A stretch of DNA of 64,000 nucleotides from Macrostomum hystrix (GCA_950097015.1 CATNEN010000029.1:5394001-5458000), one strand, 5' to 3'. Numbered from the stretch's first letter, positions 52,080 to 63,228 are shown. The notes: generated by a model not told the origin, from the sequence alone. Translations and numbers: made by a program.

Positions 52080-52680
52080 TAGGTGTTGGTTTCCTTCTGT
52101 ATTCGGAGCTGTGTTGATGAAAATTAAGGTCTAAAATTGTCGTGGTGAAAAATCGCGCCTTTCTCCAGCAAACCAGGCTGCTGTTCCTGATGGCTGGTCC
52201 TAATTTTTCTTGCAGTATCCATCGGTATTATTCTGAATTCACCTTGGTGCCGATTGGCACTGGCCAGTCCACCAGGACCTTCAAGGGGCTCTGCTTCCGT
52301 TTAACATTCTCAGGACTCACTGATTCCCTTGGGAGCCACTGTGCTGACTGGCGCTTGATCTCATGATCCCACTTGTGTACCCATGTCTCATCTCTTGAGA
52401 CATGCTGAAGCATCTTCTTTCAGAACTTGTCCAAGCTTTTCATGACTCTGATGTTGATTAGCCAGCCAAAACTGAAAAATTTATTATGTATCTGACGGCG
52501 TATGGTGAAGTGACCATCTTTGCAAACGATGCTCTGTTTAACTTGATGTCATGCAGCTTGTGAGACTGCATTCGCTTTCAGACTTGTGGTACCTTTGGCC
52601 ATAGACATATCCATAAAGGAATCAATACATTTGTCAAAAATTTAGACAACAGCGAAATTTAGTTTCCGGATAGCCTCGTA
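52080..52680 (-). pseudogene. Degenerate mariner transposase with one TIR
   Basis: Minus strand DETWVHKWDHEIKRQSAQW...GTKVNSE*Y and, in another frame, HHDNFRP (cf. mariner GDETWVH..P.TKRQS..W and HHDNARP); TA-CGAGGCTATCCGGAAAC mariner-style terminus at 52680-52662; the other TIR was not found. Confidence 0.75.
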
Positions 52681-53199
52681 GATTGTTATTGATCGTTGGT
52701 GCTCATTAGTTTATTTACTAGGCACATCAGAGCGATGGTTGAACGGAAGCGCCTTGTCTGATTATTTCCTTTCCTCTCCTTTTTGAAATGTGTTGGCTTA
52801 AAGACAACAAGGCATCTTGACGCCTCACCTAGTGGGGCTGTCTAGGCAATTCTAATGACTTCACTTTCCATAGATCTTATATTTTGTGAATTTTGACGGA
52901 ACTAATTTATAACATTGGATTGGGACAGTCAATTTCCCCAACGGCGTCGCTTTCCAATTTCCATTTCCACGTTTTGGTTCAAATTATTCCGCTTGGCACA
53001 TTAGAATTAGTTAAGGATGCAGCATCTGGACTGAGGCTGCTGTTCATTTATAAAAACTTTCATAACCATCTTATCTTCTCAATTCGGGACCTTCCTTCCC
53101 AGGGGGAAATTTATGCTTTAACCAGCATCTAGGCATTGATGAACCTGTCAGCTCACAAAAAAATTTGCTTAAATGACTCAAGCTTTTTCCGGCTTCTAA

Positions 53200-53544
53200 T
53201 AATAATAATAATAATAATAATTGATTACACCTCCCCCAATTGGGTCAGATGTGCAGCCGACAGCACAGCCGCAGCTAATGCGCGGCGCATCTGAAGGCTG
53301 CGTACAGCTGTTCAGTCCATGGACTGGGGGGACGCCACACCCACCTTCAATTATCCCAGCTGATGCTGGTACCCATTTAACAGCTGGGTGAACTGAAGCA
53401 ATGCAGAGTTAAGTGTCTTGCTAAAGGACGCAAATTGTTCCAGTGGAGTCGGGAATCGAACCCCCGACCTTCAAGTCGTGAGTCCGACGCCTTAACCACT
53501 AGGCTACAACCTCTCCACTAGGCTACAACCTCTCCCAACCTCTC
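53200..53544 (-). mobile_element. Full-length tRNA-headed CORE-type SINE copy 4 with 11-bp TSD and duplicated 5' end
   Basis: TSD ccggcttctaa at 53189-53199 and 53545-53555; long perfect (ATT)n tail; highly similar to copy 3. Confidence 0.92.
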
Positions 53545-54192
53545 CCGGCTTCTAAACACTAGCCTAATAGCACTACGGCTGGAAGGCTGTATCCTCAAAT
53601 ACACAAGAAGAGAAGGCCTTGTGTCTCACTAAGCAACAGTTTAGTACCTATTTTAAGGACTCATTTTCGCAGAAACTTTTACTATTAAGCTTGAATATTC
53701 TATGGCACCTTACATCCGGATCACCTGTCCATCACCTGTCCACCCGAATGCCGCATAAGTGCGTGCTGAATATTCTATGAGCTTACTTTAAGATACATGT
53801 TTTCTGCCGTTCCCACGCCTGCAAAGTTTCCGTATTGTGTGACTGATTCCACTTCTTAGCCTAGTAACTATCGAGTAGAACAAAGAAGTAAGTCGTTGTT
53901 ACTAAGTGTAATCAAGTGACCGCATGTTAGAGAATTAAATAAAGTCGTCGAGTTCACCTTTCGAATTTGAACCATGAGTTTAATTCCGACTGTCATTTTA
54001 TGCAATACAAATTTAATCAGTAAGATGGTTCGGGTTGAGTAAGGATGCACAGTATTTTTAGTACATTGTGCACTTGCGGCGACACATTGCGTTAGACATA
54101 TTAGCGGGCTGTGTTTTTAGTGACTGTCGTGCACTGCTAGTGTTCTGCATTATGTGTAGCGTCTTTTGATCCTGCTGGTTCCATAATTGCTT

Positions 54193-54851
54193 TCAATATT
54201 CCATCTCTTCGTCAGAGATCTCGCGGCCAAAGCGAAACGGCATGTGCACAGTATCGTCCCGCTTGCCCCAGCGGAACACGTTGGGAGCCCGCTTGCCCCA
54301 GCGGAACACGTTTGGAGACCTCTTGCCCCAGCGGAACACGTTGGGAGCCCGCTTGCTCTCAGGCCAATCATAATAGACCGTCTCCTCGGCCGATGGGCCC
54401 GCGAATTCAACGCCCAGAATCCTGCCCGGAGCCATTCGTTTGCCGCGCTTCAGTTCGGCCGTCGGTGAAGAATCATCTGCGGGACGGGATGCGCACGGAA
54501 GGCGGGATATCAGGATGGCTTAGGGCATCAAGAAATTATTCGAGGACGGAAGTGCGTCGAGTCCAGCAGCTTTTTTAATTTTCTTGTTCGGCAGTGCAGC
54601 TTCCTCAATTTGCTGTCCGTGTGCGGGAAATAATGCTGTCTGTTTGATTCGTGAAGCTAATGCACAGTATTCTAATCAAATACCAATTCACGCGGATCTT
54701 TAATATAAATAATTTCTTTCTGAGAAAAGTCAGTTTCGGACTGCAGCACGTGAGCTGAAACATGCTTACCATTGGTGCCACGTCCATTTGATTGCGCAAT
54801 CAGACACATTAGCGCTAAGCCGCACACTAGCATGATAGTTCTGTGAATCAT
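54193..54851 (-). CDS. Neuropeptide precursor (APNVFRWamide x2, SPNVFRWamide, DDTVHMPFRFamide), ~121 aa
   Basis: Exon 54851-54770 encodes signal peptide MIHRTIMLVCGLALMCLIAQSNG and ends G|gtaag; exon 54476-54193 (cccgcag|AT) carries KR-[A/S]PNVFRW-GKR x3 and DDTVHMPFRF-GR with amidation glycines. Confidence 0.9.
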
Positions 54852-55009
54852 TGCTGCTTGCTGATAGGCAATAACTGTCTTCTGTCCTCCAGTAAGCTTC
54901 GCTATTGTCGATCGAGACCTGTGAAATCGAGGATAGAAAAAGATGCATGCAGTTGCCAGATTGACTACAATATATTTGGAAGCCTATATATTTTTTAGCA
55001 ATGATAGCT

Positions 55010-55210
55010 TACCCCAGAGTAAGAGTTTGCCGGCGGAGAGATTGAAAGCAAGGAGAATTATTCGAGCCAGTTTTCTAGTGCATTTTATAGGCCGGCTGGA
55101 GAAAACTTCCGCAGCCCCGCCAACCGCACAGCCAACCGTTGCAGATTCTCCGCACGTTGATGACTAGTCACTGGGCGGATCAAACTTCGGCGCAGGTGAT
55201 TGGCTGCCTC
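55010..55210 (-). promoter_or_regulatory. Putative Pol II promoter and non-coding first exon of the neuropeptide gene
   Basis: Minus strand CAGCCAATCAC (~55207-55197), TATAAAA (~55090-55084), 5'UTR donor gg|gtaagc at 55012 pairing with acceptor tatcag| at 54861. Confidence 0.55.
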
Positions 55211-56673
55211 AGCTGAAACTAGAATATTGTCGAAGCTAACTTATTTGGATATTTTTTAGCATGCGGAGATCTGTTTTTCTTGAATAAATTTAAATAAAAA
55301 TTGTAAATAAATTGCCAATTATGGTTTCGCTGTCTGGCGCGGTCGTAGATGAAAATGCTGCAATTCAATTATAGATGTAAAATGTGAACTACGTACGTCG
55401 AAAAAACTCATTAAGGGAATTTCCCGTAACCTCGTTGCCTCTCGAAAAATATAAACGCTTAGCTCTCAGATGAATTAAAAACTTAAAATCGCACGTAGTA
55501 AATACCAACATATGATGGATATGACACTTGTTCAATGCCACCACAAACAAAAAGCAATGATCTCATTTGGGAGAACCAAGAACCACTAGGAAAACTTATC
55601 ATCCTTGGCGAGAACATTTTTTAGATTATAAAAAGAGCCACTCTGTAAGTGGTTTATAATTGTAATCAAGAATGAAATGATTACACTATAGAATGAATAT
55701 AATGAAAGTATTTAAGTAGGCCCTAGTCACTTTTACGATTATTAGTTCGTATTTGACAGCAATTTTTTATTTAGCGACTGATGTCATAACTTCATCATAG
55801 TTTTATTATTTTAAAAGTATATCTAATTCTTTACTTCATATTTGGGTTATTTTATTTGCGTAATAGACTCAATCACATTTTTAATTTAACTAGGCCCCTA
55901 TTGAAATTTGAAGTTGCTGTTCTGCGACGATTTTCCAAGATATATGAGTCCTACATATTCAATTTTAAGTATCATTACCAATAAGCGCATGAGACATACA
56001 GATGGATATAATAGACATGTTTGGATTAACTAATATATAATATATGTAACTAACTATATAACTAACTAATATATAACTAACTAGTATATGTACATTTTTC
56101 TAATCATTTGTCAGCCTGATAGTTTAATAAATTGAAACAATTTCCTTTATTCAGAATTAATGCAAACACTGTAGTATTTAAGTATACTAATTGTGTACTA
56201 TTTATATTTCCTTATTCTTATTTAAATTACAGGAAAGAAAAAACCTTCTGCATTGGTTTCCAAACTTCAAAATAAACAAAAGTGATGATATTCCTTTATG
56301 TGTGTGTACTTTTTATAACCATGTACAATACCCAAACAGTCAATCCACTATTCCACTTAGCCACATTAGTATTTTATTAACTGAAAAAATAATGTACATA
56401 TAGTCCTTAGGCGGCATTAGGCCTGTTGTGTAATAGTAAATTATATTCAATAAATTTTAGAGTATCACCAAGCTTCAATTGTTTCTTTGATTCTTGGAAT
56501 GTGAAAAATAAACAAACCAGTTTTACACTGTTAGTTTAGCTAAGTATTTTGCTTTACAATTTAGTTAGCTTTCTGAAAATTAATTATATCTGTTTTCTTT
56601 GATTAGCTTTAAAGCTAGCTAGGCTTGACAGGAGCTAAGATGTGTAGGACATTATGTAGTGTATATATATATA

Positions 56674-59033
56674 CTAGCTTTTTTTGCCCGTTGTTTTTGG
56701 GGCAGAAATTTAAAGCAAAGCAGTAAGCAATTCACGTCTCTGTATTAACTTTATAGTGAAGGTCACCATTTATTTATTTACTGCATTAATGAAAAGTGAA
56801 GAGTTTGTTTAAGGGCGTTTTAAGTAAAAAATAAGTGAAAAGTTTGTCCAAACAGCCCCCTCTTGATTACTTCTTTAGAAACATGTCTCTTAGCCACTCC
56901 TCTATACAGTCAGTGGCAGATCCAGGAATTTTGTTTTGGGGCGGTCTGTCAGGGGAGCGTTATGAGAATCACAGAGGGGGTGCCAGCGGCCGAAAAAGGG
57001 CGCCAGGAGCCAAGAAAGGGCGCCAGCGGCTGAAAAACGGGAGCCAGCGGCTGAAAAAGGGGCGCCAGCGGCCGAAAAAGGGCGCCAGGAGCCAAGAAAG
57101 GGCGCCAGCGGCTGAAAAACGGGAGCCAGCGGCTGAAAAAGGGGCGCCAGCGGCCGAAAAGGGGCGCCAGTGCTGCGACTGGCGCCCCTGGTGGGGGCAT
57201 CTTATTCCCATGATTAAAATTTAGGGGGGCGACTGCCCCCCGCCCCCCCCTAAATCTGCCTCTGTATACAGTATGCATGTACACGCGTATACATAAGGAA
57301 AATAGCCATGGCATAACAATAACAATGTCAAAGAAACAAAATTAAACTGTTTCAGAGTTCAGAGTTAGACAGGTCAAGGTCAATTCGTGACTACTTTTCT
57401 ATTAATTGCTTGCGAGTCACCTCAAGGCCTGGGGATACACCACATTCTTCGTTCTTCCCCTTGGTGCGAAAATGAATAGGCCAGCTGGAGTTCCAACACG
57501 GGAGCAGGCGACATAAAGCTGCCCATGCGAGAAGCAAGGAGTCTCCAGGTTGATGCCAGCCATGCACCTTCAGCGACTGTCCCTGAGCCTTGTTAATAGT
57601 CATCGCAAAGCACACTCTCACAGGGAACTGCAGTCGCTTGAACTGAAATGGCAGGTCCGTGGGGATAATTGGAATCCGGGAACAAACACAGACTCTCCTC
57701 TGCCAGATCCAGTCATTATCGTGGCCTCAATCACGTGTGGGAAGAGCCGCCTGACTATCAGTCTGGTGCCGTTACACAGCCTTGGCGCATTCAGGTTGTG
57801 GAGGAGCATAATTGGTGCCCCAACTTTCAGCTGCAAGTTGTGCGATGGAGTTCCAGGAGGATCTAGAGAGTTCAGAAACTCAACAGGATACTCCACAGCG
57901 GTGTCATCAGTCAACGTTGTATCAATTGACTTGTAGGTGAAAACTGCACCTGGCAACTCCTGAAGCAGTTGGTAGTTAATTTCGTTGGCGGCATCATTTC
58001 TAGGACACAGAATAGCCCTCTCTGACAGCCAGTCAACGTCAGCATATCGAACCATCAGGTTCGGGTAAACTTTTGCCTTGAGCTCCTGCACTGACTGCAC
58101 AATGGTTCCGATTGTAGCGATCGATGACTGCCCATCCTCGGTGCTAATCTCCAGCAGATCATTGCCGATTCGCAATAGATTGGCAGAGAACTCATGAGCT
58201 GTTTCGTCTCCTTGAATTGTAGCTCTCATGTTTGTTCGTACAGGTGCAACTTCACAACCGATGGCCACAGGTGAGATGATTTTAGGCAAGCATTAATCTC
58301 ATCAGCAGGAGTGCCACGAGGAATCACAGGCAGCGTCTGTCTAAAGTCTCCAGACAGCAGCAGAGTGACACCACCCATCAGTTGATCGCCAGCCTCTCTC
58401 TTTCTTCTATCCCAGGCTGGCTGGAGAGAAATATCGACCGGAGAGCCCTGCGCACTGGGACGCCACCGCACTCACCGCACTCAGTCTCAGTGCTGCTTGG
58501 GGGTCAGTAGACAGTCTAGGGGTTTGGTCTGTGTACATTCACGGCTTGAAATACAATGTACAGTCTGGGGCTTCGGCGCCCGGGGAAGGGAGGGGGTGGC
58601 TGTAATAAAATTTGGCCCGCAGAGTGGCGGAGGGGAGTTGGGGTGGCTGTCCTCGGAAAACAAAAAGTGACTCACTTTGAGATGATGCAGCTTTGCTCTG
58701 GATTGAGTAGAGATGTTCAAAATTGACAGCATTGTTGGAAAACATGTAAAGTGTAAGTGGATCAAATTTGGAGAAAATCTGACAAAGTGGGGCGACGATA
58801 TGTCGAATTGAGTGATTTTTTGACGATTTTTGAGCAGTTTTTTGCACTTTTGAGCAGGAAGGAAATGATTTTTCGGGAATTTGAGTAGCCTATTGCACTC
58901 AGCGTAGGTGGTTTTAGGTATGTGCAAAGTTTGGTGTGATTTGGTTGAGCGGTTTCGGCGTCTATAAAGACAAAAGGTTGCACACACACACACACACACA
59001 GACAGACAGAGTTTTCACTTTTATATATATAGA
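56674..59033 (-). mobile_element. Non-autonomous Helitron (2360 bp) carrying a frameshifted PIF1-type helicase C-terminus
   Basis: 5' end A|TCTATATATATAAAAGTG...(TG)n at 59033; 3' end TGCCC-caaaaacaac-GGGCA hairpin + CTAG|T at 56674; inserted in an AT dinucleotide. Helicase motifs LSGDFRQTLPV, ERAILCPRN, LKVGAPIMLL, CNGTRL, FAMTINKAQGQSL, FSHGQLYVACSRV spread over different frames (~58390-57420); no Rep domain. Confidence 0.92.
56911..57264. mobile_element. hAT-type MITE (354 bp) nested in the Helitron 3' region
   Basis: 8-bp TSD tatacagt (56903-56910 and 57265-57272); imperfect TIRs CAGTGGCAGATCCAG / CAGAGGCAGATTTAG; internal ggcgccag/gaaaaa subterminal repeats. Confidence 0.88.
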
Positions 59034-59508
59034 TGCTTAAATTTGGTAAATTGCCTAATAACAAACAAAATTATAAATACAAGCCTGGCTATAATATAAT
59101 CATAAGATATTAGAATAATGCAAACATTAAAATATATATAGCTAGTTGACTTGCTAGCTGGATAAATTGAAGGAAGTATTGCTTAAGGACACTTTGTTTG
59201 TTCTTTTTGGCTTTGAAAATTCAGATTGGAATTCCTGACCTTTGTTATGTGTTTAAATATCTATAGTCCCTCATTGCTACTACTTAAGTGCTACAATGAC
59301 AAAAATTATATAGCTAATAAATAGTTATTACCTAATTTTAAAGCAAAGCTGTAATACTTATAAGTGTTGTTTAATGGCCTTTATCCACCATATTGCAATG
59401 TATCCTTTCTAAGAAGCACATAGCCAATCAGATTGCTAAATTATGGAAAACAAAAAAATTATTTTTGACTACCTTATAGCACTTGGAATTCTGTGCAGAC
59501 GCGTCGCC

Positions 59509-62500
59509 ATGGTAACTGACAAGCAGCGCCGGCCATCCTGTGGCTCTGGCCAGACAGCGGCCGCAGCGACTACTGCAGCCAGCGAGTCCGCTCAGATTCA
59601 CTCTGGCCACTTCATGAAGAGCAACCTGGAGGACCCGGACACAGATTCGGACTCGCTGTCTGATTTCCCTGTCGACTTCTCTAATGCCAATCGATCCTCT
59701 TCTGGGCCTGCCAATGCAGCTGTCGGCCTCCCAGCTCTGCGCAGCGCCGATCCGGCCGGCTTCCCTGCCGCATCTTCCTTTCCCGCCGCCGCTGCCGCAG
59801 TTTCCGTTTCATCAACTGGCGTCAATCCGAACGCTCTGTCTGTAGACGGAGCTGTTGCCGGTGGCTCTTCAGTCAGCATCGACCAGTCGCTAACGAAGCT
59901 GCTATGCTATTTGAAGCTGACCTTCTCGGGCAAGATCACCAATCCAAAGTGGAACGACTTTCGTGGCATGCGATTCACTATCAAAGACAAAATCAGGCTG
60001 AACAACATTATCTGGCGGGAGTATCATTTGCAGTTTGTTAAACAACAACGGCCACGGATTGTGCAGTTCGCCAATCCCCTCGCTGAAGATGTGAGCCGTT
60101 TTTTCCTCCTTACTCACCACTTATCACCCTCCTTAGTCCCCACTTCTCACCCTCCTTACTTCTCATTTTTCACCCTCCTTACTCCCCACTTCTCACCCTC
60201 CCCACTACACTAATCCACAAAGCAGGCGCACACTCGACCCGAATCCGTCATCATGGAAGGCAAGTACTGGAAGCGCCGCCTCAACACTGTCTGCGATGAG
60301 TACAGCGGCTGGCGCGCCTTCTTCCTGCAGAACAGGCACCGGCTAAGGCCGGACCGCCGGCCAGAACCGATGGACATCATCTACGACAACGACTGGCTGG
60401 CGCAGAACACCGCACTGGACATCAAGCGCCGTGGTGTCGGTACATCCGGGCACGACTGGCCGCTGAGTCCCCGGGAATCGCATCCGCAGCGGGCGCCAAG
60501 CGTCAACCTCCTGGACGACCTGCTGGCCGATTTCCAATTCGATCCCCATCTGGACAACCTGCTGAACCAATGCGACAGCTTCGGATTCGGCGGCGACCTC
60601 GGCCTCGCCTCCTCCGGCTGCGTCAACGGCGTTGGCATTGTTGACAGTGTCGCCGGTTCCTACGGCAATTCCGGTGGCGGTGGCTGCATCGGCGGAAGTC
60701 CTGGCGGCGTCAGCAGCGGCGGCTTTAACTCGGACTTCATCCAGCCGGGCCTGCAACAATTGCAGCCGAGCATTGACGATTTCTTTGGCGGCGACCTTCT
60801 GGCTCTGTTGTCCTCGTCGGCTGCAGCGGCGGCTGCGGCAGCGTCTTCGGTGGCAACGTCAATCTCTGCTCCGCCGCCGCCGCCACCACCGCCACTGCTG
60901 CCACCCCCGACACCGCAGCAGCTGCTGTTGCCGTTGCAGCCTCTTCAAACTGGGGTCAGCCTGAGCCCAAATGACTATCAGCGCATTGTGCTCACCCTGC
61001 AGGGCCTGCTGGCCCGCACCACCCAGCCGCCCGCTGTTGTCGCCTCGCTGTTGGATTTTCTTAGAGGCATCGGCATACACGTGGCACTGCCTGCTCATCA
61101 GCAGCAACCACTTCCACCGCCGCCTCCACCGTCACCGCCGCCGCCGCCTCCTCCACCGCCGCCGCCCGCGCCTCCGTCAATTTCGCAAACTCTGTACCGC
61201 ATTCTGCGCACTCCCCTGACGACGTCGCCAACACTGGATCCGCCGAGTTTGCATCCGCATCCGGCAGTTCAGCAGCAGCCGCAGAAGCTGCTCAGGCGTG
61301 AGCAGTCACAGTCCCAGATACAGCATCTTTTACCGGCTGGTTTGGCCAAGTCTGAGATGGATTGCTCTTCCCTGTCCAGTGACGGCTTCCGGATTGAATT
61401 GGTCAGTGCGATGTTGATCGGAAATATTTCATTATAGATCTCAAATTTGGGCATATACTAATTAACATTATTATCCATTACCCGCTTCACAGCCATCAAC
61501 TAATCGTCACCGCGAGACCTACTTGCTTCAAAAACAGGCCGCAGCTGTCACAGCCAACTCTGAACAGGTTCGCCACTGTCATGTGACAGGGAGATTGGGG
61601 TAGAAGGCAGGGCTGACAGGAAGATTGGGGTAGAAGGCAGGGGTGGCAGGAAGATTAGGGTAGAAGGCAGGGGTGACAGGGGGATTGGGACAGAAGGCAG
61701 GGGTGACAGGGGGATTGGGGCAGAAAGCAGGGGTGACAGGGAGATTGGGGCAGAAAGCAGGGGTGACGGGGGGATTGGGGCAGAAAGCAGGGGTGACAGG
61801 GAGATTGGGGCAGTAAGCAGGGGTGACAGGGGGATTGGGGCAGAAGGCAGGGGTGACAGGGGGATTGGGGCAGAAGGCAGGGGTGACAGGGGATTGTGGC
61901 ATAGTTGCTGATTCAACCGGTCCTCCTGGCTCCCGCAGGCTCGACGCGGCAACATCAACTCTGCGTTTGATACGCTGCAGGCGATGCTACCCGGCGGTGG
62001 CGGCTGTCAGCGCCTGTCGAAGGCTGCCGTGCTGCACAAGACGGCCGACCGGCTGCGCCGCCTGCGCGCCGAGCGGAACGACTGGCGCCTCGAGGCTAAC
62101 CGGCTGCGCGCCGAGGCCAGCCGGCTGCGTACTGAGATCAGCGCCGCGTGCGAGCAGCTGCCTGCGTCGTCGATGGCGTCAGCAGCCGCAGCTTCAGCAG
62201 CGCCAGAGGCTCAGCGGCTGGTCGATGGTCGGCGCTGGTTCGAGGAGACCTACGCTCGGGAGGGAGTCCTGCGCAACTGGAAGTTTTACCTTGTGAGTCT
62301 GTTGTGAGCTGGGAACCGACTGTGAGACACGTGGGTTAGGATCTGGAATCATGATGAGATCAAGGCTTAGAATCCCGGTAGTCATTGACTGTGTCCACCC
62401 CCGCCTTGCCGCCTGCAGTTCAGCCTGATGATGTCCGACTCATTCGACGCCTTCAACAGCAACGTATCGACTAGCACGCCTGAGAACTTGGCTAGGACTG

Positions 62501-63228
62501 TGCTGAGCTGGACTGACCAGCACTGCAGCCTGTCCAAGCTGCGACCCGGTGAGTCACCAAACTTAGCTAACCCAGTCACAATGTCACCAAACCTAGCTAG
62601 CCCAGTCACAATGTCACCAAACCTAGCTAGCCCAGTCACAATGTCACCAAACCTAGCTAGCCCAGTCACAATGTCACCAAACCTAGCTAGCCCAGTCACA
62701 ATGTCACCAAACCTAGCTAGCCCAGTCACAATGTCACCAAACCTAGCTAGCCCAGTCACAATGTCACCAAACCTAGCTAGCCCAGTCACAATGTCACCAA
62801 ACTTAGCTAGCCCAGTCACAATGTCACCAAACCTAGCTAGCCCAGTCACAATGTCACCAAACCTAGCTAGCCCAGTCACAATGTCACCAAACTTAGCTAG
62901 CCCAGTCACAATGTCACCAAACCTAGCTAGCCCAGTCACAATGTCACCAAACCTATCTAGCCCAGTCACAATGTCACCAAATCTAGCTAGCCCAGTGACC
63001 AGTCACAATGCCCCTGAACCTGCAGCCGCGCACCGAGCCCTGACGCAGCTGTGTGTGAGCACTTGCATCCTGTCGGAGCCGGCGCAGGCCACTGTGCAGG
63101 TGATCGCCGGGGTTCACAGCGGCTGGCTGCCGATTTCTCTGACCGCCGCGTCGGCTGCTGAATCATCGGTGCCAGCTGCCGCGTCGGACGATCTAGATGA
63201 CGAGGAGAGCGACCTGATAGACGAATGA
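59509..63228 (+). CDS. MLXIP: Mondo/ChREBP-family bHLH-ZIP transcription factor, ~840 aa
   Basis: Exons 59509-60090, 60223(or 60226)-61401, 61493-61567, 61939-62292, 62419-62548, 63026-63228 in frame. Mondo conserved regions [15 protein letters not shown]...[33 protein letters not shown]; b[18 protein letters not shown]...[11 protein letters not shown]; C-terminal NWKFYLFSL...[13 protein letters not shown]. Confidence 0.93.
61585..61895. repeat. 30-bp G-rich minisatellite (ggggtgacagggggattggggcagaaggca) in the Mondo intron that splits the basic region
   Basis: About 10 units with three G-runs each. Confidence 0.9.
62549..63010. repeat. 30-bp minisatellite (cccagtcacaatgtcaccaaacctagctag) filling the last Mondo intron
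   Basis: About 15 units starting at the donor gtgagt itself. Confidence 0.95.

Noticed and set aside
58487-59064. ORFs beginning MCVCVC… in the Helitron 5' part
   Set aside because: Arise from the (TG)n microsatellite and non-coding Helitron subterminal sequence; no Rep motifs.
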